From Tubulanus polymorphus (Eukaryota; Animalia; Nemertea): DNA of 64,000 bases. A model generated the notes under the pieces. It saw nothing but the letters and a program-made list of their open reading frames with translations, was not told the origin of the DNA and did not search any database. The DNA lies in assembly GCF_964204645.1 (NCBI RefSeq), contig NW_027437435.1:62001-126000 (forward strand), in the 5' to 3' direction. The position numbers were made by a program, and so were the translations under genes. Positions 15,001 to 26,300 of the stretch are shown piece after piece; position 1 is the stretch's first letter; the number at the start of each line of letters is the position of its first letter.

Positions 15001-18000
15001 TATCGTATATTCCCCCTATCGGAAAAACGACAATGTCGATGCGTAAAAGCGCTCAAATCATAAGGAAAAGCACTTTTCGACGCGAAAACGTCGCTCAGCG
15101 CGAGAAAAGACGTTTTCGTATCGAATATTCCCCCTATCGGAAAAACGACAATTTCGATGCGTAAAAGCGCTCAAATCGTAAGGAAAAGCACTTTTCGACC
15201 CGAAAACGTAGTTCAGCGCGAGAAAAGTCGTTTTCGTATCGAATATTCTCACTATCGGTAAAACGACAATGTCGATGCGTAAAAGCGCTCAAATCGTCAG
15301 GAAAAGCACTTTTCGACGCGAAAACGTCGTTCAGCGCGAGAAAAGACGTTTTCGTGTCGAATATTCTCCCTATCGGTAAAACGACAATGTCGATGCGTAA
15401 AAGCGCTCAAATCGTCAGGAAAAGCACTTTTCGACGCGAAAACGTAGTTCAGCGCGAGAAAAGACGTTTTCTTATCGAATATTCCCCCTATCGGAAAAAC
15501 GACAATGTCGATGCGTAAAAGCGCTCAAATCGTCAGGAAAAGCACTTTTCGACGCGAAAACGTCGTTCAGCGGGAGAAAAGACGTTTTCGTATCGAATAT
15601 TCTCACTATCGGTAAAACGACAATGTCGATGCGTAAAAGCGCTCAAATCGTCAGGAAAAGCACTTTTCGACGCGAAAACGTCGTTCAGCGCGAGAAAAGA
15701 CCTTTTCGTATCGAATATTCCCCCCTATCGGAAAAACGACAATGTCGATGCGTAAAAGCGCTCAAATCGTAAGGAAAAGCACTTTTCGACCCGAAAACGT
15801 AGTTCAGCGCGAGAAAAGTCGTTTTCGTATCGAATATTCTCACTATCGGTAAAACGACAATGTCGATGCGTATAAGCGCTCAAATCGTCAGGAAAAGCAC
15901 TTTTCGACGCGAAAACGTAGTTCGGCGCGAGAAAAGACGTTTTCTTATCGAATATTCCCCCTATCGGAAAAACGACAATGTCGATGCGTAAAAGCGCTCA
16001 AATCGTCAGGAAAAGCACTTTTCGACGCGAAAACGTCGCTCAGCGCGAGAAAAGACGTTTTCGTATCGAATATTCGCCCTATCGTAAAAACGACAATGCC
16101 GATGCGTAAAAGCGCTCAAATCGTCAGGAAAAGCACTTTTCGACGCGAAAACGTCGTTCAGCACGAGAAAAGACGTTTTCTTATCGTATATTCCCCCTAT
16201 CGGAAAAACAACAATGTCGATGCGTAAAAGCGCTCAAATCATAAGGAAAAGCACTTTTCGACGCGAAAACGTCGCTCAGCGCGAGAAAAGACGTTTTCGT
16301 ATCGAATATTCCCCCTATCGGTAAAACGACAATGTCGATGCGTAAAAGCGCTCAAATCGTCAGGAAAAGCACTTTTCGACGCGAAAACGTAGTTCAGCGC
16401 GAGAAAAGACGTTTTCTTATCGAATATTCCCCCTATCGGAAAAACGACAATGTCGATGCGTAAAAGCGCTCAAATCGTCAGGAAAAGCACTTTTCGACGC
16501 GAAAACGTCGTTCAGCGGGAGAAAAGACGTTTTCGTATCGAATATTCTCACTATCGGTAAAACGACAATGTCGATGCGTAAAAGCGCTCAAATCGTCAGG
16601 AAAAGCACTTTTCGACGCGAAAACGTCGCTCAGCGCGAGAAAAGACGTTTTCGTATCGAATATTCGCCCTATCGTAAAAACGACAATGCCGATGCGTAAA
16701 AGCGCTCAAATCGTCAGGAAAAGCACTTTTCGACGCGAAAACGTCGTTCAGCGCGAGAAAAGACGTTTTCGTATCGAATATTCCCCCTATCGGAAAAACG
16801 ACAATGTCGATGCGTAAAAGCGCTCAAATCGTCAGGAAAAGCACTTTTCGACGCGAAAACGTCGTTCAGCGCGAGAAAAGACGTTTTCGTATCGAATATT
16901 CCCCCTATCGGTAAAACGACAATGTCGATGCGTAAAAGCGCTAAAATCGTCAGGAAAAGCACTTTTCGACGCGAAAACGTCGTTCGGCGCGAGAAAAGAC
17001 GTTTTCGTATTGAATATTCTCCCTATCGGAAAAACGACAATGTCGATGCGTAAAAGCGCTCAAATCGTCAGGAAAAGCACTTTTCGACGCGAAAACGTCG
17101 CTCAGCGCGAGAAGAGACGTTTTCGTATGGAATATTCGCCCTATCGTAAAAACGACAATGCCGATGCGTAAAAGCGCTCAAATCGTCAGGAAAAGCACTT
17201 TTCGACGCGAAAACGTCGCTCAGCGCGAGAAAAGACGTTTTCGTATGGAATATTCGCCCTATCGTAAAAACGACAATGCCGATGCGTAAAATCGCTCAAA
17301 TCGTCAGGAAAAGCACTTTTCGACGCGAAAACGTCGCTCAGCGCGAGAAAAGACGTTTTCGTATCGAATATTCCCCCTATCGGAAAAACGACAATGTCGA
17401 TGCGTAAAAGCGCTCAAATCGTCAGGAAAAGCACTTTTCGACGCGAAAACGTCGTTCAGCGCGAGAAAAGACGTTTTCGTATCGAATATTCTCCCTATCG
17501 GAAAAACGACAATGTCGATGCGTAAAAGCGCTCAAATCGTCAGGAAAAGCACTTTTCGACGCGAAAACGTAGTTCAGCGCGAGAAAAGACCTTTTCTTAT
17601 CGAATATTCCCCCTATCGGTAAAACGACAATGTCGATGCGTAAAAGCGCTCAAATCGTCAGGAAAAGCACTTTTCGACGCGAAAACGTCGTTCGGCGCGA
17701 GAAAAGACGTTTTCGTATTGAATATTCTCCCTATCAGAAAAACGACAATGTCGATGCGTAAAAGCGCTCAAATCGTCAGGAAAAGCACTTTTCGACGCGA
17801 AAACGTCGCTCAGCGCGAGAAAAGACGTTTTCGTATGGAATATTCGCCCTATCGTAAAAACGACAATGCCGATGCGTAAAAGCGCTCAAATCGTCAGGAA
17901 AAGCACTTTTCGACGCGAAAACGTAGTTCAGCGCGAGAAAAGACGTTTTCTTATCGAATATTCCCCCTATCGGAAAAACGACAATGTCGATGCGTAAAAG

Positions 18001-20890
18001 CACTCAAATCGTCAGGAAAAGCACTTTTCGACGCGAAAACGTCGCTCAGCGCGAGAAAAGACGTTTTCGTATCGAATATTCGCCCTATCGTAAAAACGAC
18101 AATGCCGATGCGTAAAAGCGCTCAAATCGTCAGGAAAAGCACTTTTCGACGCGAAAACGTCGTTCAGCGCGAGAAAAGACGTTTTCTTATCGTATATTCC
18201 CCCTATCGGAAAAACGACAATGTCGATGCGTAAAAGCGCTCAAATCGTCAGGAAAAGCACTTTTCGACGCGAAAACGTCGCTCAGCGCGAGAAAGACGTT
18301 TTCGTATCGAATATTCCCCCTATCGGAAAAACGACAATGTCGATGCGTAAAAGCGCTCAAATCGTCAGGAAAAGCACTTTTCGACGCGAAAACGTCGTTC
18401 AGCGCGAGAAAAGTCGTTTTCGTATCGAATATTTTCCCTATCGGTAAAACGACAATGCCGATGCGTAAAAGCGCTCAAATCGTCAGGAAAAGCACCTTTC
18501 GACCCAAAAACGTCGTTCGGCCCGAGAAAAGTCGTTTTCGTATCGAATATTCTCCCTATCGGTAAAACGACAATGTCGATGCGTAAATGCGTTCAAATCG
18601 TCAGGAAAAGCACTTTTCGACCCGAAAACGGAGTTCAGCGCGAGAAAAGACGTTTTCTTATCGTATATTCCCCCTATCGGAAAAACGACAATGTCGATGC
18701 GTAAAAGCGCTCAAATCATAAGGAAAAGCACTTTTCGACGCGAAAACGTCGCTCAGAGCGAGAAAAGACGTTTTCGTATCGAATATTCCCCCTATCGGAA
18801 AAACGACAATGCCGATGCGTAAAAGCGCTCAAATCGTCAGGAAAAGCACTTTTCGACGCGAAAACGTCGTTCAGCGCGAGAAAAGACCTTTTCGTATCGA
18901 ATATTCCCCCTATCGGAAAAACGACAATGTCGATGCGTAAAAGCGCTCAAATCGTCAGGAAAAGCACTTTTCGACCCGAAGACGTCGTTCAGCGCGAGAA
19001 AAGTCGTTTTCGTATCGAATATTCTCCCTATCGGTAAAACGACAATGTCGATGCGTAAAAGCGCTCAAATCGTCAGGAAAAGCACTTTTCGATGCGAAAA
19101 CGTCGTTCAGCGCGAGAAAAGTCGTTTTCGTATCGAATATTCTCCCTATCGGTAAAACGACAATGCCGATGCGTAAAAGCGCTCAAATCGTCAGGAAAAG
19201 CACTTTTCGACCCAAAAACGTCGTTCGGCGCGAGAAAAGTCGTTTTCGTATCGAATATTCTCCCTATCGGTAAAACGACAATGTCGATGCGTAAATGCGT
19301 TCAAATCGTCAGGAAAAGCACTTTTCGACGCGAAAACGTCGCTCAGCGCGAGAAAAGACGTTTTCGTATCGAATATTCGCCCTATCGTAAAAACGACAAT
19401 GCCGATGCGTAAAAGCGCTCAAATCGTCAGGAAAAGCACTTTTCGACGCGAAAACGTCGTTCAGCGGGAGAAAAGACGTTTTCGTATCGAATATTCTCAC
19501 TATCGGTAAAACGACAATGTCGATGCGTAAAAGCGCTCAAATCGTCAGGAAAAGCACTTTTCGACGCGAAAACGTCGCTCAGCGCGAGAAAAGACGTTTT
19601 CGTATCGAATATTCGCCCTATCGTAAAAACGACAATGCCGATGCGTAAAAGCGCTCAAATCGTCAGGAAAAGCACTTTTCGACGCGAAAACGTCGTTCAG
19701 CGCGAGAAAAGACCTTTTCGTATCGAATATTCCCCCTATCGGAAAAACGACAATGTCGATGCGTAAAAGCGCTCAAATCGTCAGGAAAAGCACTTTTCGA
19801 CGCGAAAACGTCGTTCAGCGCGAGAAAAGACGTTTTCGTATCGAATATTCCCCCTATCGGTAAAACGACAATGTCGATGCGTAAAAGCGCTCAAATCGTC
19901 AGGAAAAGCACTTTTCGACGCGAAAACGTCGTTCGGCGCGAGAAAAGACGTTTTCGTATTGAATATTCTCCCTATCGGAAAAACGACAATGTCGATGCGT
20001 AAAAGCGCTCAAATCGTCAGGAAAAGCACTTTTCGACGCGAAAACGTCGCTCAGCGCGAGAAAAGACGTTTTCGCATGGAATATTCGCCCTATCGTAAAA
20101 ACGTAAATGCCGATGCGTAAAAGCGCTCAAATCGTCAGGAAAAGCACTTTTCGACGCGAAAACGTCGCTCAGCGCGAGAAAAGATGTTTTCGTATGGAAT
20201 ATTCGCCCTATCGTAAAAACGACAATGCCGATGCGTAAAAGCGCTCAAATCGTCAGGAAAAGCACTTTTCGACGCGAAAACGTCGTTCAGCGCGAGAAAA
20301 GACCTTTTCATATCGAATATTCCCCCTATCGGAAAAACGACAATGTCGATGCGTAAAAGCGCTCAAATCGTAAGGAAAAGCACTTTTCGACCCGAAAACG
20401 TAGTTCAGCGCGAGAAAAGTCGTTTTCGTATCGAATATTCTCACTATCGGTAAATCGACAATGTCGATGCGTAAAAGCGCTCAAATCGTCAGGAAAAGCA
20501 CTTTTCGACGCGAAAACGTAGTTCAGCGCGAGAAAAGACGTTTTCTTATCGAATATTCCCCCTATCGGAAAAACGACAATGTCGATGCGTAAAAGCGCTC
20601 AAATCGTCAGGAAAAGCACTTTTCGACGCGAAAACGTCGCTCAGCGCGAGAAAAGACGTTTTCGTATCGAATATTCGCCCTATCGTAAAAACGACAATGC
20701 CGATGCGTAAAAGCGCTCAAATCGTCAGGAAAAGCACTTTTCGACGCGAAAACGTCGTTCAGCACGAGAAAAGACGTTTTCTTATCGTATATTCCCCCTA
20801 TCGGAAAAACGACAATGTCGATGCGTAAAAGCGCTCAAATCATAAGGAAAAGCACTTTTCGACGCGAAAACGTCGCTCAGCGCGAGAAAA
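1..20890. repeat. 118-bp satellite array, left block (~177 monomers, continues off the window edge)
   Basis: The monomer CGCGAGAAAAGACGTTTTCGTATCGAATATTCCCCCTATCGGAAAAACGACAATGTCGATGCGTAAAAGCGCTCAAATCGTCAGGAAAAGCACTTTTCGACGCGAAAACGTCGTTCAG recurs head-to-tail (starts at 1, 119, 237...) with a few variant positions per copy. Confidence 0.99.
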
Positions 20891-21310
20891 TTTAGCAACA
20901 CTAATCTGACAGCTAAGCTCTAAAATAGATATTGAAAAATGGGTATCAAAATAATCGACAGAATCTTGCGATTCTGAATTTTGTATTTATATTCAAGTAT
21001 TATAAGTTTTATAAATCAATATGTTTGTGTTTTTTTTTTTATTAACTAAAATATTGTCTGAACCTATTGGAGTATTAACATGTTCATGCAAGCTGTTACC
21101 TTCCTGGCAGGTATGACCAGTCAAGGGTATCGCAAACAAGCGAACTTGTCATTTCTTGAGATCGACAATCTGTCGTTCTGAGTAATTATTTATAATTTAT
21201 AACAATGTGTAATTAACAAGTTTGTACCAACAATTAGCAGGTTTGGCATTGGTTACCACCAACAAGGGTGATCCAAACCTTAGTTACCGTGGGCAAAGTC
21301 ACGGAACAGA

Positions 21311-21373
21311 CCAATCAGGGTTATGGTATTTTTGAGGTATAAATAGTGGACGAAGGGCAGCTGAGGTCACTTT
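21311..21373 (+). promoter_or_regulatory. LTR Pol II core promoter: CCAAT (21311), TATAAATA (21338-21345), Inr TCACTTT with predicted +1 at A21369
   Basis: TATA starts 31 nt upstream of the A in a YYANWYY initiator. The same layout is in the 3' LTR (TATA 30852, Inr 30881). Confidence 0.8.
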
Positions 21374-21441
21374 ATGATGAACCTCGCTTTAAGGAATAAA
21401 TCTGTGTATATTTTAATCGTCTGCTCTTCGTCAAATTACAG
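21368..21441 (+). repeat. LTR internal 74-bp repeat copy 1 (R1), with AATAAA, followed by splice donor CAG|GTATGT
   Basis: Exact copy at 21860-21933, and at 30882-30955 and 31367-31440 in the 3' LTR. AATAAA at 21395-21400; GTATGT starts at 21442. Confidence 0.93.
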
Positions 21442-21859
21442 GTATGTGTAATAAGTTTTATAATATTTTATTAAGTCATATTCTATGGAAATATTGACTA
21501 GGCCTAGGATGTACTTTATTTAATAATATTACTTATTAAGTATGGCCGAATACATGGTGTTTTAATATAATAGTTGAAATAATATTAATCAATTATACTA
21601 GAGCAATAGTATGTGTTTAAATAGGTTAGATGTCTAGATGTCTTGAGCAGTTATGTTCTATTTTAATTAACTTGGCCGCCATTTTTGGCAAGTAATCAAT
21701 GAGAATTACGGCCAGAATATGCTCGATATCAGAGAACATTAGTTTCGTATTTAAGTATTATGAAATAAGTCGACAGTATACTAATCATTAAGATAAACAC
21801 GTTTTATATTTAATCTGTATCATTTATACTCATATATCATCACATATCTATTAATGTAG

Positions 21860-21933
21860 CACTTTATGATGAACCTCGCTTTAAGGAATAAATCTGTGTA
21901 TATTTTAATCGTCTGCTCTTCGTCAAATTACAG
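21860..21933 (+). repeat. LTR internal 74-bp repeat copy 2 (R2), ending in acceptor-like TCTGCTCTTCGTCAAATTACAG|G, followed by a GT-rich U5
   Basis: Identical to 21368-21441. AATAAA at 21887-21892. Downstream GGTCTTGCGTTTGTAGTTGTC resembles a polyA downstream element. Confidence 0.93.
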
Positions 21934-22015
21934 GGTCTTGCGTTTGTAGTTGTCTTAGCTAGAACTACCGAAAGTTACTGAGGAATACATCTATCCAAAC
22001 TTTCTATCATTAAAA

Positions 22016-22033
22016 TGGTGGAGAACCCAGCTT
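22016..22033 (+). promoter_or_regulatory. Primer-binding site, probably tRNA-Ala
   Basis: TGGTGGAGAA begins 1 nt after the 5' LTR and is complementary to the ...TTCTCCACCA 3' end recalled for animal tRNA-Ala(AGC). The match beyond 10 nt is not verified. Confidence 0.65.
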
Positions 22034-22042
22034 CGAATACCG

Positions 22043-23326
22043 ATGCCACAACCATCTAACTACCGTACGATCGTAACAAGACAACAAACGAACCAAGTTC
22101 GGCAAAACGTTGAAAACCCAGTATTGATTCCGCTATACGAGCCGCCGAGAGATATTCGACAAATTGTAGTTCGCGAGGAGGACGAGGAGGTACATCTGGC
22201 AGAAATCGACCAGGTGGATAACGGTATAGACATTAACGAAAACCTAGAGGGTAACATGCCTTATAAACTCGACCTTCCGGGTTACGACCACAGTCGGCCT
22301 ATCAAAAGTTGGCTGAATGACTTTGACCGTTGGGTCCAAGCGACAAATATACCGCTCGAGCAGCAAACCACAGCCCTAATACTGCGTTTATCTGGTTCCT
22401 CCAGATCCGCCATAGATACATTGACTCTCGAACAACAGAACGATTTGGAGGAAGTAAAAAAATGCTTGGAAAATAAATTTAAACCTATAAGAGACCCAAT
22501 GAGAGGTCTAGATAAACAACAAGCAGGCGAGTCCGTACAGGCGTACATGGACCGAGTAGAAAGGGCAGCTAGCCAGTCAGAATTTACGTTGACATGTGCT
22601 ATCGAACAGGCCATAGATTGCCTTAACGACTCTATTAAACCTTTAGTCGCAACTCATTGCCCTGATACATTTGATAAATTAAGGAAAATTGCAATGAACG
22701 CAGAATCAGCAGCAGGGGGTAAAATTACCGCGACTTGTAGTCTCACCACAGCGGTCGACAAACTAACTAGTCATTTGGAAAATGTACAATTGCGACCGGA
22801 CAATAAGGTGTGTGCATGTCAAGTAAACGCGATAACCGATAGTAAAAGTGACAATGGATTTAATTATGCGAATAGACAGAATTATCAAACACAGCAACAA
22901 CAACAGTCCTGGTCTCCTCAATTCGTGCCACAGCCACAACAGTTTTGGCCGCAGCAGCAGTTTTGGGCGCCACAACATCAGCCGCAGTTCCAGCAACCGC
23001 ATTTCCAGCAGCCGCAGTTCCAGCAGCAGCAGCAGCAGCAGCAGCAATTCCAGCAGCCGCAGTTCCAGCAGCAGCAGCAGCAGCAGCAGCGGTTCCATCA
23101 GCCGCAGTTCCAGCAGCAGCAGCAGCAGCAGCAGCAGTTCCAACAGCAGCAGTTCCGGCAACAGCACTACAGGGGACACCAGCGGCATAGAGGGAACAGC
23201 AATAGGAGAAATCAATGGTCGCAGCCAAATGGACAAAATAATTCAGGTAAACGGGTTCCATTATGTTATACATGCAATACCCCAGGTCATATATCTCGAA
23301 ATTGTCCGAACTCAGGTCAGAAATAG
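22043..23326 (+). CDS. gag: Gag with long Q/P/F-rich low-complexity tract and C-terminal CCHC zinc knuckle
   Basis: 427-aa ORF directly after the PBS. Capsid-like helical region (WLNDFDRW...GESVQAYMDR) and zinc knuckle CYTCNTPGHISRNC. Confidence 0.93.
   Translation: MPQPSNYRTIVTRQQTNQVRQNVENPVLIPLYEPPRDIRQIVVREEDEEVHLAEIDQVDNGIDINENLEGNMPYKLDLPGYDHSRPIKSWLNDFDRWVQATNIPLEQQTTALILRLSGSSRSAIDTLTLEQQNDLEEVKKCLENKFKPIRDPMRGLDKQQAGESVQAYMDRVERAASQSEFTLTCAIEQAIDCLNDSIKPLVATHCPDTFDKLRKIAMNAESAAGGKITATCSLTTAVDKLTSHLENVQLRPDNKVCACQVNAITDSKSDNGFNYANRQNYQTQQQQQSWSPQFVPQPQQFWPQQQFWAPQHQPQFQQPHFQQPQFQQQQQQQQQFQQPQFQQQQQQQQRFHQPQFQQQQQQQQQFQQQQFRQQHYRGHQRHRGNSNRRNQWSQPNGQNNSGKRVPLCYTCNTPGHISRNCPNSGQK
22890..23166 (+). 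repeat. CAG-rich coding repeat (QQPQF plus Q-run units) in gag
   Basis: Repeated CAGCCGCAGTTC followed by CAG runs. Confidence 0.95.
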
Positions 23327-26300
23327 GGGTGCGAGCCTGTCCAAGAGAATCCAACTATGGACGGGCACCCGAAGGTTGAAGTTGCGTTCCTGGCGACATT
23401 AGAGAAAAATGTTGCCACAGTATTTGTGTCGGGGCACAGAATTAACGCATTGCTTGACACAGGTGCTGGTATTTCTTGTATATCATTGTCATGTCTGAAC
23501 AAAACTAAATTTGCTAATGAAACGTTGTCACCGCCTGAGATAAAAGAAGTAGTTGGCGTGAGTGGAAGTATATTGTCGGTCCTAGGTACGGTAAACCTGC
23601 CCCTAATCTTCCCGGGTATAAAGACGCCAGTCGAGCAAAAATTTCATGTATTTCAACATCTTCATCAACCCCTTTTACTAGGTTTAGATTTCATAACGGA
23701 GAAGCAGGTAATAATTGATATACCCAATAAAGTCTTTAGTATGACGAGTGTTGAGGATAAAGTTTTGAGCATGGAGATCCATACTAAGTTTGCACGCACG
23801 ATTAAACCAATCAAATTGAAAGCTAAATCAGAACTTCAAATTCCTGTGAAAGTTTCTAAAACTCTTGATAAACAAACTGTACTTTTGTCACCAATACAAG
23901 AATTGGTGGCTATGAATTATACAGGTGCCCGTTGCTTAGTAACAGTTAATAATGGTAGAGCAGTAATGAGATTATTGAACCCAACTAAATCAGTTATAAA
24001 AATTCCAAAAGGGCAATCTATAGCATATATATCGGATGTTGAAGAGTCATCAATTATGTCACTTGACGCAGAAGAAACTGTTTCTGTAAATAATATTAAT
24101 GATGAAACACCGGATTATGATACTAGCGAAGCTATGAAGTTCCCTCCTACGGGACACACTCCAAAAGTTGAAGATTTACAATTTGACTTATCTAATTCGG
24201 ATCTAAATAATGAACAAAAAGAATTGTTACTAGCTTTCCTTCATAGGAATCGTGATAGATTTTCTTCCAACTTGAATGAATTAGGGCATACTTCCATATA
24301 CGAACATACTATTGATACTGGGGATAGTCCCCCGGTTTGCCAGAGGCCATATCGCTGTAATGGGATAATTAGAGAAGAGCAAGATCGTCAGATAGACGAA
24401 ATGCTCAAAGCCGATGTTATAACTACATCAAACTCACCGTTTAATTCACCTGTTGTGATGGTAAAGAAAAAGTCAGGCGAATATCGCTTCGCGGTGGACT
24501 ATCGTAAATTAAATGCTATTACTAAATCGGTTTCTTACCCACTACCACGAATTGCCGACGTTGTTGACTCCGTAGCAGAGTCTAAAGCAAAATTATTTAC
24601 AACTCTCGATATGACCTCCGGTTTCTGGCAAATTAAGTTAGATCCGGCTACTATGCATAAATCTACCTTTGTTACTCAAAATGGCGCCTACATGTTTAAA
24701 AGACTACCATTTGGTCTTAAGAATTCACCCATGGCATTCCAAATGACCATGAATGAAGTCCTCCGTGGCTATCATTGGAAATTTTGCTTAGTGTATGTAG
24801 ACGACATTTTGGTATACAGTAGAGACTTTACAGAACATTTACAGCATTTGCAACTGGTTTTTAACCGTTTACGACAAGCTAATATGACATTGAAGCCGTC
24901 CAAATGTCACTTTGCTCAAAGCAGTGCCCCATATTTGGGATATATTTTCACCAAAGATGGTGTAAAAGCAGATCCGTCGAAATGTCAGGCAGTACAAACG
25001 TTCCCAGTTCCTAGAAACGTGAAAGAACTGCGCTCATTCTTGGGCTTGTGTAACTTCTATCGCCGTTTCGTCTGGAATTATTCGCATATCGCTACTAAAT
25101 TGACTCCATTGTTACAGAAAGAATCCAAATTTATTTGGACTGATGAGCATCAGGAAGCATTTCTACAATTGAAAGAGTGCCTATTATCGCCACCCATTTT
25201 AGCCTATCCTGATAATGATAAAGAATACTTACTCTGCACTGATGCGTCTGATACAGCGGTAGGTTATATACTGGCTCAGCGCGACGATAATGGTCGCGAG
25301 CGCGTTATTTGTTATGGTGGTCGTGCTCTTTCTGCCCAACAACGTCGTTGGGATACTAGGGAAAAAGAAGGTCTAGCTATTGTGCTAGGAGTAGACGCAT
25401 ATAGGGAATATTTGGCCCCTAAAAAGTTTACTATTTATACTGATCACCAGTCCTTGACTATCTTAGATAATGCTAAGGATATGACCACGAAAGTTGCTAG
25501 GTGGGCAACAAAGTTACAAAATTATGAATTTGACATAATACATCGCCAAGGCAAGAAAAATGATAATGCGGATAGCCTATCTAGACGCGAATACCCTACT
25601 GTCATTGATACTAGTGAACATGACGACTTCCCGGCGCCTATTGATGTAGTGTCGCCAGGAGTACATGAACTATTCGCAGATCTGTTTCAAAAGGATACAG
25701 GTGAATCACCGCCGGCCGGTAACCATACATCGTATGGATGGCGGCAAGCTGAGTTTCAGTACGATACTAAGGGTTGCGAGACTGAAAGTACACGAGACGA
25801 TATGGAAGCTGAGGTTCCTGTTTGTGTAGTGGATGATTTAGATATCGCTACCACTCAGCGTTCTTGTTCAGATTGCTCGCCTATCATTCAATATTTGGAA
25901 CATGACATCTTACCCCAGGATCGGAAGTTGGCCATCAAAGTGCAATGGTCGTCTCAATGCTTTCACATGTACAAAGGAGCGCTTTACCGTAGTTATCAGC
26001 GTAACCAGTCTCCTAGAGGTCTACCTTCGGTTACTCAGCTGGTAGTACCGTTAAGCTTGAGACCAGACGTGCTGTTCGCGTATCATGATTGCAGGGCTGG
26101 AGGAGGCCATGTCGGTATCCAGAAAGTATACGATGCTATGAGGCAAAAGTATTACTGGAAAAATATGTACCGAGATATTACTCAATATGTTTCTTCATGT
26201 ATGTTATGTCAGAAAGCTAAAGCTCCTACTCACCAAAAATCACCACCTCTCACTAACATGCCTATAACCGACACATTTGCTAGATGGCATATGGATTTCC

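Larger units (their letters stand above)
20891..22014 (+). repeat. 5' LTR (1124 bp)
   Basis: Direct repeat of 30406-31521. Starts TTTAGCAAC, ends TCATTAAA. Differences seen by eye: one T in a poly-T run, a 7-bp indel at TAGATGTC, and two substitutions near the 3' end. Confidence 0.96.

Noticed and set aside
289-20444. Dozens of 60-106-aa ORFs (MPMRKSAQ..., MRIFDTK...) here and in the other satellite blocks
   Set aside because: They are translations of the 118-bp repeat, opened or closed by single-base variants, with no protein features.
1-20890. CRISPR-like appearance of regular repeats with dyads
   Set aside because: There are no unique spacers and no cas genes; the whole monomer repeats, in a eukaryotic context.
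21374-21441. ATG-initiated frame in R (MMNLALRNKSVYILIVCSSSNY) as env leader exon
   Set aside because: Its donor is phase 2 while the env acceptor needs phase 1, and the ATG is only ~5 nt from the predicted cap.
22763-23402. Overlapping poly-Leu, poly-Ser and poly-Ala ORFs
   Set aside because: Alternative frames and the antisense strand of the CAG repeat in gag.
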